A DNA stretch of 52,224 bases from Chromera velia. Lineage: Eukaryota. Below, piece after piece: positions 1 through 18,077 of the stretch. The notes beneath the pieces are model-generated. The model was not told the DNA's origin. It made no database searches and saw only the letters and a program-made list of their open reading frames with translations. How positions within the stretch are numbered: position 1 is the stretch's first letter; each line of letters starts with the position of its first letter. A program made the position numbers and the translations under genes. The stretch lies in NCBI GenBank assembly GCA_018398765.1, contig JAHBMJ010000268.1:1-52224 (forward strand), read 5' to 3'.

Positions 1-1189
1 GCACGTGTTAAGAAGATTGACTTTGCGAAACGATCGAGCATGTGCATGAGAGTCAGTCGGCGTTGTGGGTAGACAGACGGCTCTGTATTTGTTCCTTCGT
101 CTGTGCCTCAGTCAGGGGGTGATTGTTGAGCCGCCATGCCTGAAGTGCCCGCCGCCATGCGCGCCGCCTTATAGATTGATGAGCTATGCCGAGCTGCATG
201 CATGCATGTGCATGCTTCTTCATGCAATTTGAATTAATTGCAATCAATAGTAGCATGCTCATAAAACGTGATGAGATGAAACGGCTGAACAATGAAAGGA
301 ACGGGAATATGCAATGCATCCCGTCCTTCAGTCTTTCCCTGTAAGAAGATCTTAAGAGACTCTAATGATAAGCTTCTAGTTGAGAAGATCTAGAGGCTTT
401 TAGGGTCTTTCAAAAGGTTCCCACAAGGAAATAGATAGACGGTCCTGGTGTGTGTTTTGTGATTCAGAGGGTGTGAAGACCGAACCATTGCTGGAAGCTA
501 GGTTAATGTCGAAAAATGAGCAGCGAGTCGCCAAGTGGCAAGCTTTTATAAAAGATAAGGTCATCAGAAGTATGCTCAGTGGTTGAACATCAATGGTAAA
601 GTAGCAAGCTTCAATGGCAGAGTATGGATGTTACCAAATGACAGTAACCTCACTCATGACTAACCTTTCCAAATCTCAGTTCGCCCATGTTAACATCCTG
701 GTTAATCTGGTCACTCCTGAAGCTCCAAGACGGCAAAAAAAGAAGAGACAACACTGTGGAAAGACGATTCTTAAACTACTATCCTTGAATTGTTTGGACA
801 TTGGCCAGTGAGCCAACTCTGACAGGTCAACAACGGGTCAAGCAACTGTGCATGCTGAAGATACGAAATTTCTATCCGCCTGACGTTTATAATATGCCCA
901 CACCTTAGCTTGTTTTTTCCCTTTCTGGCTGTTATGATGCTTTGATTGTCTAGAAGCGGTTTTATTCAGAAAATGGAAATGATGAAGCTCTGTTAGATCG
1001 GATGCAGTGAATATGCAATCTTGTCTTGAGGCGCTGTTCCGGCCACTGGGGCTGAATTCAGTGTACACTCCATGGACGGTATACATGTTACTAGGCCCGT
1101 CTGGTCTTCGAGCACCGAGGCCCGGCCCGGCACGCGCCTGGCCACATAGTAGTCCTTCACAAATATTCACAAGCTCTACACAGGCTGAA

Positions 1190-1295
1190 TCAGATACTAA
1201 CCGATACTCGGCCACTCGAGAAAGAACCGATAGTCGATACTTCGATACCGATACCGATACAATACAATAAGATATTGGTACGATAGCTATCCCTA
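1190..1295. repeat. Cluster of CGATAC/CCGATA short repeats ending in ATCCCTA; possible subterminal region and terminus of a hAT-type element
   Basis: About 7 CGATA(C) units (accgatactc, accgatagtcgatacttcgataccgataccgatacaatac) followed by atcccta, whose reverse complement TAGGGAT resembles hAT TIR starts. No partner end found in the window. Confidence 0.3.
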
Positions 1296-2696
1296 GCGAT
1301 CGCTACCGGCAGTGATCCTTTGCTGCCGGCAATTGCCGGTCTGCCGGTATCTGCCGGCAATAGACATTTCTGACTCAGTCACTGCAAAAAAAAAAGGTAC
1401 AAAAATGGGTCTCAAAAAAAAAAAAATTTAATTGCGGTGCAGTTGCTACAAAATGCTTTTAAACTCTTTTATAAGCAATCATAACATTCTTACAGCCTCT
1501 TGATAATTAATTTCTTTAAAAAAATATATAAAATATAAAAAACATTGAAAAAAATATATTTATTATCTATGTACTCAAACGTACTCAAACGTGATAACGT
1601 GTTACGGTATCACTGTGTCAGTCTGTTACTTAGCGCCTAAAAAAAGAACGAATATCTTGTTTTTGTGCTTCAACCTGTGCTCGTCCTGCAGAAGCTGTTT
1701 GGTTCACTCTGGGAGGGGTCAAGAATGAACGACTTGAAGGACACAGTGGAGGTGCCATGGAGGTGCCTCCGACCGTCTGGGAGCAGAAGGCTGGTTCTGT
1801 CTGCCGCTGATCCCAGTAGAAACCGCAGATGGAGGCACAACGGGGGTTTGTCTAACGGCCCGAGAAGAACTGGCTGCGGCGCTTGCACCATAAAACGATA
1901 CGGGAGCGATGGGTGACGCCAAAGGCAAGACCTGGATCCTAGGCACTCCCAATAGCCCTCCAAATGCCCCTCCCTCTGAGCTCTCCCTTTCTGAACAACG
2001 TACGGAAGACTGACTGCGGTGATGCACCTTTGCACTGCCAGAGCGAGAGTTTTGAGAACTGCTTTTCCTTTTCTCTCTCCCACTATGCCTCTCTTGTGAA
2101 ACGTTTTCGTCTTCTGACTATGCAGACGGGTTGTAGGAGGTATGAACTTTAAGCACCTCTTTAGACTGTGCCACCTATGACAGAGTGTCACGTACCTCTA
2201 TGTATACCTATAATTGGACTGTGTAAAACCATATACGGACTGTCACAGTGTTTAAACCTATAAACAGTCTGTATACAGTATATATAGACTAACTCCAACA
2301 GATAATGACCCACAGATTTTATCATTGAACTCTAACTTTCTCTGCCATCGACTGCTAGTCGTTCTGCCGGTGGTGACAAGCTCTGCTGGCAATTGCCATC
2401 CTACCAGCAATCGCTCTTCTCTGCCGCCAAAAAAAAAAACAACCCTGTTTTATAGTCACTATAATGATACCATAATGCTAGTAACTAACGAATTAACCCA
2501 CTGATGTGTTTTTAAAAGACTTTTAAAATTCTTTTTATCTTACTCTTTAGCTAGCTCTTTAGTGTTACTAGCTAAACCATCATTCTCTTACTACAAGAAG
2601 AAGAGAACTCTCAAACTGTATGACAGTAAGACTGACAATCATAAATTAAGTTAGATCGTAGCCTGCCTAAGTTAGATCCTATCTAGGATCCTATGC

Positions 2697-2914
2697 TAGG
2701 CACGTCAGAGCAAAAAAAAAAAAACTCTCTAGAAAAACGAGTTCTTTATTTTTTTTGTCTTTTTTTTTTACCTTAGAAATTGCCTACAACACCTTACAAC
2801 ACTTGTGCAACACCCATGCAGGCCGTGCAACAGCTAAACAAGAGTTCTTTTAGACAAAAAAAAAAAACCTGACAAAGAGAGTTATCTATTTTTTTTTTCT
2901 CTGTAATACCCCTA
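2697..2914. mobile_element. Degraded MITE-like insertion
   Basis: Degenerate inverted ends (tagggcacgtcagagc + polyA versus polyT + ctctgtaataccccta), flanked by the direct repeat taggatcctatgc at 2684-2696 and 2915-2927. Confidence 0.35.
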
Positions 2915-3364
2915 TAGGATCCTATGCTAGATCCTAGGTGAAATGAATCATAAAATATGAACACTAGGTTTTTTGGACTCAAAGACTTGGAATTTTTTCC
3001 TAAATTTCTACAACCTAGGTATGATATGTAAAGTTTTAAAGTGAAATAAAGTTTAAAGTCTGCATGGTTTGAGTCTGTAGACTCTAAAATATAACTTTTG
3101 AAATGTACTTAAGGCTGAGAAAAGGTGCATAAGGTACTACGGTGCTGGTGTTGGTGCAAAAACAAGTTTGCACCTTATAAAACAGGTGCAAAATAAGATG
3201 CACTGTTTACCATATAAAAGTTAGGTTTCTAGGGTTGATTTCTAGTGTTTTTAACGGCCAAAAGGCGCCTCAATCAAGGCCTAAAAGCTTTTTATGATAT
3301 AGATTTGCTACATTGATTTTTATTATGCGAAACACCTTAAAATGTCACTAGAAATATCAGTGAG

Positions 3365-3821
3365 GCATGCCAGGGGTGAGTAGGGTGCTTTTTGCCCCCC
3401 CCTCTGCATAGGAGACCGGCGCTTTTCCGCAAAAAACTCGTTTTCATAATTGGTAAGGAGTTAAAAGCTGAAACTTTGTGTAAAAAGACGTTATAACGAT
3501 AGAAAAAGAACTATCGAACAGATTTTTAATATCATTTCTAGAAACACAGGCTGCCATATAAATTTTATAAGTTTCATACCGTTTTTTTTACTATTCAAAA
3601 CCGTTAAAAAATGGCCTCGAAATCAAAAAATTTGTATGACAGCCTATGTTTCTAGAAATGATATAAAAAATCTGTTCCGGCCATAGTTCTTTTTCTATCG
3701 TTATAACGTCTTTTTACACAAAATTCCAGCTTTTAACTCCTTATCAATTATGAGAACGAGTTTTTTGCGGAAATGCGCCGCTTTAGGGGGGCAAAAAGCA
3801 CCCTACTCGCCCCCGGCATGC
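3365..3821. mobile_element. Almost fully palindromic MITE (copy 1), nested in the hAT-like element
   Basis: Ends gcatgccaggggtgagtagggtgctttttgcccccc and ggggggcaaaaagcaccctactcgcccccggcatgc; arms are complementary over about 200 bp. A second copy lies at 49067-49441. No clear TSD. Confidence 0.85.
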
Positions 3822-4184
3822 GATAAAAAGCAAAAATGAAAAGGCGATAAAAAGCAAAAATAAAAAATATGACAATTAAAGACTATATATCTCTGACTGT
3901 CTCATGACTTCGGTCTCTTTCTGGGTTTCTTTTCTCAATTTAAGCAACGTTTTTCACCTGTCTAATGTTTGAATATTATGTTTGGCGCCGATTGCGTGCT
4001 GCACTGTAGTCCAGTTCTGTCCCTATACGGTCCATAAAACCTTCAAACTGCATGATGCCCCTTTGAAGCAAACTCATAAAGAAAGCAATCACAAATACTA
4101 TATTTTCATGAAAAAGAAAAAGAAGAAAGAATAAAATAAAAGAAAGTTTTTTTTAATTTGCATTTTTCCTCTGAGCAAGGGTAA

Positions 4185-4760
4185 GTGAGGATAAGTGAGG
4201 GCCTGATCTCAAGGCTCAGAGCCCAGCCCCATCATACCCTAGCTCTCTTCTTCACTCACCCCCTAACTCACCCCCCCACACAAAATGACAACGGAGGACA
4301 AAAAAGAGGAAGAAGAGAAAGAAGAAGAGGAGAAAGAAGAGGAAAGAGCAGGTTCCTTACAGACTTTGTCTCACTCGAAGTCCGACTTGAAAGTTAACTT
4401 CAGTATGTCGTCTTTCTTCCCTAGAAACTCCTCTGTTTTGATGTGGGCTGGTTGGAGCGGAGGGGAGGCTTTGGCTTTGGCTTTTGATTTGGGTTTGGCT
4501 TTTAAGAATGAGAGAAATACAGACAGAGTCGGACAGGTGCGATTCCTAACCCCAGACCCTCTTCTTTTGACTGACCCGGCTTAATTCATGATGTCCATCC
4601 AGACTAGCTTGTCTTTTCATACCCTCCTGAGCCACCTGCAAGGATCTACGCGGCTAGTACAAGTAGTTTTTCCGTCTTCAGATCCAAAAGAAGGCTCTCC
4701 CTACTCTTCAACAACTCCTCTTTTGTTTGTTGGCATTTGTTTGAAGCCGTCTATCTGGAC
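4185..4760 (-). pseudogene. Decayed coding-like cargo fragment inside the hAT-like element
   Basis: Minus strand reads as protein-like stretches (KAKPKSKAKAKASPPLQPAHIKTEEFLGKKDDILKLTFKSDFE) broken by several stops. No family recognised; boundaries approximate. Confidence 0.3.
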
Positions 4761-7700
4761 AGGGCCCCGGTTTGTAAAATTGAAAAGTGATTAACTGCAG
4801 TGACCGGTATACAGGACCGGTATGACTGACGACTCGTAAACGAAGGGGTGAACGCCCCTAGGAAAGCTGCAATTCCATCTACAGACGGACTTCAAACCCT
4901 CTGGAAGTACCAAATGCAACGAGAAGCCGTGACATGACAGAAAATCAGATATAGATCTGTATGTAAGCATACAAACTTGACGAAACTTGACGAGCCATCA
5001 GCAGACGGAAGTGATGAATGGTTCCACTCTCTAAGGCAAAGCAGCAAATCGAATGATCAAACCAATTGTACTCTTACTGACCAAAATAGATCGAGCCCGC
5101 CAATTGTAAAGAGCACCCGACACCAGGTTTCAAAAGTCCTTACCTACAACTGAGAGGGAGAGTGTCAACGTACCTTCACGTATGTGTGTTCCCATATGTG
5201 TGCCGTTTCTGCTTCTCTTCATCATATAAAAACTTAAAAGAATCTGCGTGGAGCACTAGCTGCATTGGCATTCATCCTCGGATTGCTAATAAAGGTCGAG
5301 GAAGCTGGTTTCCTCCCGGCAAACCGTTTGGCATTGTACCATTGCTATATATGCAAACGGACTCAGTCTGCTTACTCAGCTTCTTGACTCAAACCTGTTA
5401 TTCTAGTCTTTTTACCCTCGTCCGCTCCGCGTTTCTATACGTGTACATGCAGTCGTTTCTGTTGTATAAGGCAGCCTATAAAACAGTTATCATGCTGCAA
5501 AGGGAAGAGGCACTCATGCTCCAATGGACCTAATTGATTTCATGCAGCGCATGCGTTGTCGAACGTACGTTCAGTGACCTCTGTATGTAGCCGATTTTAA
5601 ATTTATCTCAAAAATCGGCTGCATATGATTAGATTTATTCCACACACCGCGGCCCGGCAACATGCGCGTTTGGGGTCGCGGGGAGCCGCAAGGGCGGGGC
5701 CGCGGCGCGTTGCATGGCCATGACGCTGACACTTTTCACCCAATTCCATTCAATCAGGTGCAAAACAGATGTATCAGATGCATCTGGTGCAACTTCTTCG
5801 TTTGCACCTTTTCTGAGCTTCGAATCTGAGGTGCACCTTTTCCAAGCCTTAAATGTACTTTAAAAGTCTTTTATCATACATTAAAAAATCTTTTAAAAGG
5901 CTGTAAACAATCTAAAACGACACATCAATGTGTTCAAGCTTTTTATTTTTAAAATTTTAAAACCAAAAAAGTTTTAAAGTCCAATTAAAAAAAATTATTA
6001 TAGAAATAACTTTACAGATCACACCTAGCCTACGACTTTTAGCTAGACTTTTAGTCTTTTCATACGAATCTAGATACGAATATACCTCAAAAAAGTTTTT
6101 GATTCTCACAACAATTTTTTCTAACCAAAATACCTCCAATTTTACATTGAATATCAGTTTCCACTTCAGCGTTACTAGTCGTTTTATCGAACGTTGTATT
6201 TATTAGGAAACGTTATGTAGTTTCATTACCGTATTATTGGCTTTGTCAATCATGGCTAGATTGACGTTCATCTGAGGAAACCTCCCCCCGCAGCTCTGTA
6301 GCCGTAGCTCAGCCCATATCGTGACATTTACGGACGAATTCCAATGCGATCTTTTTGTTCTTTTGACAGAGAGAGGCAGAAAAAGACAAAACACAGTGAG
6401 AGGAGAGAGAGACGGAGGGAGAGTCTCTCAGAGAGCCACCAGCCAACAAGAGAGAAATTATATACGCTCGCCCGACAGATGCCAAACTGACAGCTTCGGG
6501 AGTCGACACAGTTGGTTCATTGCAAAGGAAAATCAACTTCGATCGATCGTTTGGTGCATGGGGTGTTGAGTTCTACTTTCCCAGATTCATTTCGCTCTTC
6601 TTCTCAATGAGCGTCTGCGCAGAACATCGGATGGAATGGATGCTCCTTGTTCTTTGCTTCTTTTCCTTTCATTCCCCCCCCTCTCATGGATGCCCTCCAA
6701 CCTTCCCGCTCATGAGTAACAGCAAAATTCAGGGGCGACGGAACGATCAGGGGGGCACTCAGTCAGCCAGTCAGTGTTGTCAATTCATTCAACGGCAAAA
6801 CCGGCCGTTCCGTCTGGGGTCTTTTGCTCTTTTCTGTCTGTTTCTTTCACCGTCTTTTTTCACCTTTTTGCGCTTTGCATTTTTGAACTGGAACGAATCA
6901 GCTCGAGAGTTCGTTTCGCTCTATGGATTCAGCTTCCATGAAGTTCTAGAAGCAGAAAAAAACAAGGATGAATTGGAAAGGAACCCCCCCCCTCTGCCCC
7001 CCCAGTTATGCTTCTCTCTTCAGAAGAGAAGGTACGAAGAGGGAATTATGTGCTTGGGTTTTCTCTCTGTTGTCGCTTTCCTGTTGCCTGAATCTGTGTG
7101 TGTGTTTGTGAAGGAGGGCACCGGTGTTGCTGGATTGTTGGGAACTGCATGACACAGATGAGAACCAACGCGGCAGGTCTCTCGACAACTGGAGACCTGG
7201 GCAAATAAGTGTTTGTTTGGTGTGTTGCGTCGATTTTGGTGTTCTATCTGCCGAAGAAAATAGACAGGACAGTCTCATCCTCAGGCGACAGCTGAGAGAA
7301 TAAGGCAGAAGCCTGCTCAGACCTCAGGCAGGCAGGCCGAAAGAAAGACATCCGGCGACGTATATTTCTCCTTTCGTTCTATCTGTTACATTTGCTGATA
7401 AGTGCAGATTGACGTGATGATGTCATTCAGGTTCTCCCTTCCTTTCTTCCTTTGGAATGGCAGGGCGGACCTGCAGGCTTGTTGGCTGGCTTCAGAAAGA
7501 GGGGGGAAAGGAAGGAAGAAAAAAGGTTTCACAGGTCATGAACCGAAGGTGAGTGGTTTTGCTGGATGGGTGCACGGTGTGTGGGTTTGTTTGGGTCAGA
7601 TGGAATGCATGCTTCGTTCATTTACTTAAAATAATGTGCGGGTTTTCCTTTCTGCGTTCCCCCGCCCAGGCTTTTTCGTCTCTCCTTTGCCTTCTCCTCC

Positions 7701-8336
7701 TCCTGATCGTGCCTCTGTCTGTTTGCGGTCAGAAAGAGATCACGACAAAAAAGCAGCGAGCAAGCGAGCAATTCCTTCCACCGGGCAGTCGCATATTTTC
7801 CTTACTCCTTCTCCCTTCCTAGTTTCAACCTTCACAACCACTTTTCGAGAGAGACAGAGAGAGAGATACCTTCCTTCCTTCATCCTTCCACCGGGATTCC
7901 AAACGCCTCGACCCTCTATGTTCGTGTCCTACCATCCATCCATCCATCCACACACATTCATTATTCCCTGATGCCCCCCCCCTGACTGAAAGGGAAAAGG
8001 ACGACGTCAACCTCAAGTCAGCACCAGAAGAGAAAAGGCAGAAAAAAGAAGGACTCAGATCTTGCATGAGAAAGCACAGAAGGGAAGGGACACAACATGC
8101 GACGCTCAACTTGAAGGACGGGGAGGATCAATCAACCCCTCGCCTTCCCCTCTCGCGACTCTCTCAAGCCCTCCCGACTGCTCTCTTCAAACCAGCGCCT
8201 CAATCACTTCTCGATGAATGACGCATTTCCGCCCCCCCATGCTATAATCCCATCAATACCCCCACCCCAACCCTCAATGTTGTTGCGCTTCCTTTTCACC
8301 TTTCTCTCTCTCTCTTTCATGTCTCTCTCTTTCTTC

Positions 8337-13660
<5,324 letters not shown>

Positions 13661-14629
13661 CCTTGATTCCTTTTTTGGTTCTTCCGGTGTCCGTTTCAGA
13701 AAAATGAATGCTTGCTTGTCGCGGTAGACAGGCGACTCAGTTCCTCCTCTTTTCTGCGCAGAGACCGGGAAGCCAGGGAAAGGGAAAGGAAAGGAAAAAG
13801 AGGAGACGCTGAAGAGTGGAAGAAAGGGAAAAAAGAGGACCGACAAAGACGAAATACATTCACTGCGGGAAAAGTCTGCACAAGCAGGCAGGACCTCTTT
13901 CTCGAATAGAGGCACGCCTTGCTGCTGGCATCATTCAATAGGAAGAGACGGAAAGCGCATTTGAAGAAATCGAGAGAAACCGACTGCATCCGATTTCTGA
14001 ATGCAGAAAGGAAAGAGAAGTTTTCATTTTCCCCCACCTTCCTGTCTCCTTTCTTTTTCAGCTTATTTGTTGACCCTTCCCTCTCCCTCAATAGCCCCTC
14101 AGCCGTGGAAGAATTTCATACCGACGGTTTCTGCCCTTCTGATCACTCTTTAAGGAGCTGCACTCTGGCTTTCTTTTTCTCTCGCCAAAACTGTCCACTT
14201 TTCCAAAACCCGTCTCCCACGAAAAAAAACTTGGAAGGGAGACTGAACAAGAACCGGAAAAGGAAAGAAAAGACGAAAACCATAACAGACAAACCACTGC
14301 CTCCAAAGCACTTCATACAGCAAGGACAGGCACAGGCAGGCGGAAAGAAGAGAGATTGCCTTTCTGACCAGACAGGAAACCAACCTTTTTCGCTTCAGCT
14401 GGGTCACTCGATTACTCCAGAGAGAGAGACACGAAGAGAAATTGAGGCAACTTGCCTGGTAAAAAGCTCAATCACACACACGCCTTCTCCCTTGATACAG
14501 AGACTCAGGTGCGTTTCAGGTTCTCTGACACAGGAAGGGAAGTCCGAAAGATGTCACTCAAGCAGGCAGCAGACTCTTCCTGAATTTGCGAGGAAGGGGG
14601 ATTTTTGCGGACATTTGCGGACAACTGAA

Positions 14630-15075
14630 ATTGTGGCCGCGGCCATGGCCGGCCGGCCGCCAAATTAATTCGTTGCGCCAAACAGGCTTTCTAGACACCG
14701 CGGCGTTTACGGTCAAACGCCGCGGTGCCGCTCCGCGGCACCAAGCGCTGCGGAGCGCCCGAAGGGCGCACCGCGGCGAGCCGCGTTTGTAAAACCTTGA
14801 AGAAAGGGGGGGAACCGCGATGTGATTGTTCCGGTCTTTACCTCTTCTGAGGCAAGTTGAACCAAATTGATCAGCAATTGATCAAATTTATCATTGAAAC
14901 ACCTTAAAAAATTTTTTTTGGCGCCTGCGGCGCTCAGAAAAAACCGTTTTTACGGTATATGGGGCCATGTCCCAAACGGGGGGGGGCGCCGCCGCGGAGG
15001 GGCCTGGAAGGAACCGCGGCGCAGCCGCGGTGCTAAAAATGGCCGCTCTAGAAAGCCTGGCGCCAAAACGCGACA
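14630..15075. promoter_or_regulatory. CpG-rich, hairpin-rich island between divergent genes (candidate bidirectional promoter or MITE remnant)
   Basis: Multiple CCGCGG sites and local stems; 13 bp inverted repeat caggctttctaga (14683-14695) / tctagaaagcctg (15047-15059); lies between the helicase ATG (13660, minus) and the 15405 ATG (plus). Confidence 0.45.
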
Positions 15076-15404
15076 TCACGAATTCACCTATAGCTCGTGC
15101 CCAAACTCACTTTCACGCTCGCGCGGGTCGGATGGCCGGACCCTGGCACGGCACAGTCCGACAACCGGCACTTCGGCGCGGGATTCCACCTGCATGGCCG
15201 TAATCGTTGAATGCTGAGAGTCTTTGAGTCACTATCTCTCTCTCTCTCTCCCTCTCTTTTGTTCATAGACTCAGAGTTAAAGGGAAATCCAGTGGAGGGG
15301 CACAAGAAAAGGCACCTGATCGGGTTTGGAGATTTGCCTGAAAATTAGGCCACTTTTTTCTTTCGTCCTTTCTGTTGCCGTCTGTGACCAGAAAGGAACC
15401 CACG

Positions 15405-16736
15405 ATGGGCGTCTCTTTGAGGTCTTTCATGTTTGTCGGCACGTGCGGTGCCATATTGTCTGTGTTTGTCGGTCTCCGGCTTATCCCTCGTGCCGATATC
15501 CCCCTGCATATGCGGAATCACAAATTGCTGTATGATGAAACTCTCCTAAGTGAGACCATAGGACAGTCTCTTGTAAGCCGTTTGAAAGCCGTCTCCTTTC
15601 TTCCCACAAACACCAACGACCTGAAATTCTACACCACGAAGCACGAGCACATCGGAGAGGCGGTTCCCTTCCAAGGTGGAAGCTCCAAGTCCAACAAGTG
15701 CCCGCATCCTATGATGGTGCCCTCAGTCAACAGAACTCTCTGTGTGCTACCCGGGCGGGTCGATGTAGCTCGGCATTATATTGCGGGGGGGGGGCTTGAG
15801 GGACGAAAGGAGAGGTTTGAGATTGCAGCGAGTCGGCTGCAGTCGTTCGGTCAGTATAACTTCCTCTCGGATGGTGTGCAAGGCCATGCCGATTTCCAGA
15901 AGCTGTTTGAGGATCCCAAGTTCCTCAAGTTCAGTCAGAGCGTCTGTCCAGAGGACAAACAGGTCCTCGACCCTTTTCAGTTCAACTTCATCGTACAGAT
16001 ACCAGGCCAGACCGTGGCCTTGCACTTGGACGGGGTCTACTTCTGGGGAGCCACGAGGTTTGAGTTTCCTCAATGGCTGCTTGCGGTGATGGCTTTCAGT
16101 GGACTTTTCAAGGAAGACTTCGTTGACCAAGTTCAGGTCGTTGCGTACCTCCACTCATGGGAAGCATCGGCAGAGAGGGCAGGGCAGTTTGTTTATTGGG
16201 TGGACGCGACAGGAACACCCTTGAGGGAGACCCCAAAAAAGTTCGCGGGATCGGCTGTAGACGGGACCAAAACGATGCACGCAGCCGAGGTGTACTTTCC
16301 CTCTCGTGAGATTCCGGTGATACCTCCGCAGGCTGATAACAAACTTGTGAATGCGGACGGAAAAGGGGAGAAGTGGGAATTGGTCAGCGATGGGAAAAGA
16401 CTGGCGACGTATGATTGGCATGACCTCCGCGTGACTGCAGTGTACAGAGCACGGTGCTTCAGGTCGCAGGAGGAAGTCGAGGCATTCCGCAAAATTCCCG
16501 ACAGCGAGAAAATGTCGCTGGACTTTGTTCTTGGGAAGCTGGGGGATGATCTCGTGGAGAGAAAGCGAGTGAGCAGAGAGAAATTGGACGGAATGAGCCG
16601 ATTCGATTTCGCCCAGATGCTATTGAAAGAGTATGTCAAGTATCCCTACAGCCCCACGGCCCTTGTGCCTTTCAACTACTGTGCGCTTTCAAGGTTGGCA
16701 CCTTGGTCGAAACCCGTGCTCGACCTCGTTTGTTAA
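15405..16736 (+). CDS. Intronless 443 aa protein with N-terminal membrane anchor; putative 2OG-Fe(II) dioxygenase fold
   Basis: Long clean ORF from ATG 15405. Hydrophobic N-terminus (FMFVGTCGAILSVFVGL); HxD motif (VALHLDG), distal His (KTMHAA) and a late strand with Arg (LRVTAVYR). The CDS is well supported; the function is inferred from motifs only. Confidence 0.8.
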   Translation: MGVSLRSFMFVGTCGAILSVFVGLRLIPRADIPLHMRNHKLLYDETLLSETIGQSLVSRLKAVSFLPTNTNDLKFYTTKHEHIGEAVPFQGGSSKSNKCPHPMMVPSVNRTLCVLPGRVDVARHYIAGGGLEGRKERFEIAASRLQSFGQYNFLSDGVQGHADFQKLFEDPKFLKFSQSVCPEDKQVLDPFQFNFIVQIPGQTVALHLDGVYFWGATRFEFPQWLLAVMAFSGLFKEDFVDQVQVVAYLHSWEASAERAGQFVYWVDATGTPLRETPKKFAGSAVDGTKTMHAAEVYFPSREIPVIPPQADNKLVNADGKGEKWELVSDGKRLATYDWHDLRVTAVYRARCFRSQEEVEAFRKIPDSEKMSLDFVLGKLGDDLVERKRVSREKLDGMSRFDFAQMLLKEYVKYPYSPTALVPFNYCALSRLAPWSKPVLDLVC

Positions 16737-17459
16737 CTGAGTTGTCATCAGCAGTTACTCAGAAAGCTTGTTGAATGAACAGCGGTGCAGATGCTCCGTC
16801 ATTGATTATCATTGAGACTTTCTCTGTCAATGTGCTGTATGGTATGGTGTGACGCAAAAAACTTGCGGCAAGTGTGACCTGGAGTCGCTGCTTCACAAAC
16901 TTCTGAAAACAATTTGTATTAAACCTAACTTACACCTTCACCAGCCTCTCAATCTGCTGTCATTTTGTTAGTATAATGTTATAGCCATAATGTTTAAATG
17001 TTAGTTTAGATTGCGGTTGTTACCGTATTGTTTTTTAAATTTCCTTAATGAAAGCTCTGCCCTCTTTAGTAAATTAAAAAAAAGGTTTTATAACCAGCTC
17101 CCATACGTTTCTTTAAACGTGGAACCATTCAATCAATCAAATAATCAATCAATCAAAAACTTTACAGAAAGTGAAGGAAAACTAATACTACAACTAATAT
17201 AGTGTAATCTTAATCTGATCATGAGTCTATTTCAGACGAGAGCGATAGTTTTTTTTAACTTTTTAAAAGTTTTCACTAATTATAAATTAAATGAGTTAAA
17301 TTAAATTCACTTGAACTTTGCCAGTAAACTTAAAAACATACAGGTTTATATCATTTTGTTCTTTATTTTTTGTCAGAGGCATTTTCAGTTTTTTTTTTTT
17401 TCTCTGCATCACGCCAAAATTTATAACTGCTTTCACCTTTCAAGTTGTTACTTTTTGTA

Positions 17460-17795
17460 TCATTTCCAATTTTTGTTTCCTAACTCCTGTCTCCTTTGTC
17501 TTCTGTCCAATGTTTGGTGAATATAAACTCTCGTAGACTGATCTGGTTGCCCTTCTCTCGTCACCTGAACACGCGTCCAACGGGGGCCTTTGCCATCTTT
17601 AAGAGCGTGAAAGTTACGACAGTTTTTGTTTTCAGCTCGTTGCTTGAAGCATTCAGCAAGAAAATTCCCGATGTGCATTTTTCTCTGGTCGTGCTTTCTC
17701 GGATCTCTCACCATTTTAGACTTTTCCCCTTCTCTGTTCTTTCTCTCCCCTTCTGCCCCAACCAGAGGTACAAACGGTAATGCAGGTCTAGCCAC
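17460..17795 (-). pseudogene. Terminal-exon-like ORF of a possible decayed minus-strand gene (upstream remnant near 19000-19140)
   Basis: (GT)n tract then tag acceptor, followed by a 111-codon open frame VARPALPF...NKNWK-stop. The candidate upstream exon contains a stop. No family recognised. Confidence 0.3.
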
Positions 17796-17797
17796 CT

Positions 17798-18077
<280 letters not shown>

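Larger units (their letters stand above)
3110..5851. mobile_element. Non-autonomous hAT-like DNA transposon (2742 bp)
   Basis: TIRs taaggctgagaaaaggtgca (3110) and tgcaccttttccaagcctta (ending 5851) match at 18/20. Perfect 8 bp TSD aatgtact at 3102-3109 and 5852-5859. Multiple subterminal GGTGCA/TGCACC motifs at both ends. An 8 bp TSD with a YARNG terminus is typical of hAT. Confidence 0.8.

Noticed and set aside
1670..2191. 173 aa minus-strand ORF
   Set aside because: No recognisable motif or convincing splice structure; may be a decayed fragment but cannot be supported.
6520..7152. 210 aa plus-strand ORF downstream of the helicase
   Set aside because: Low-complexity T/C-rich composition typical of UTR or intergenic DNA here; no motifs.
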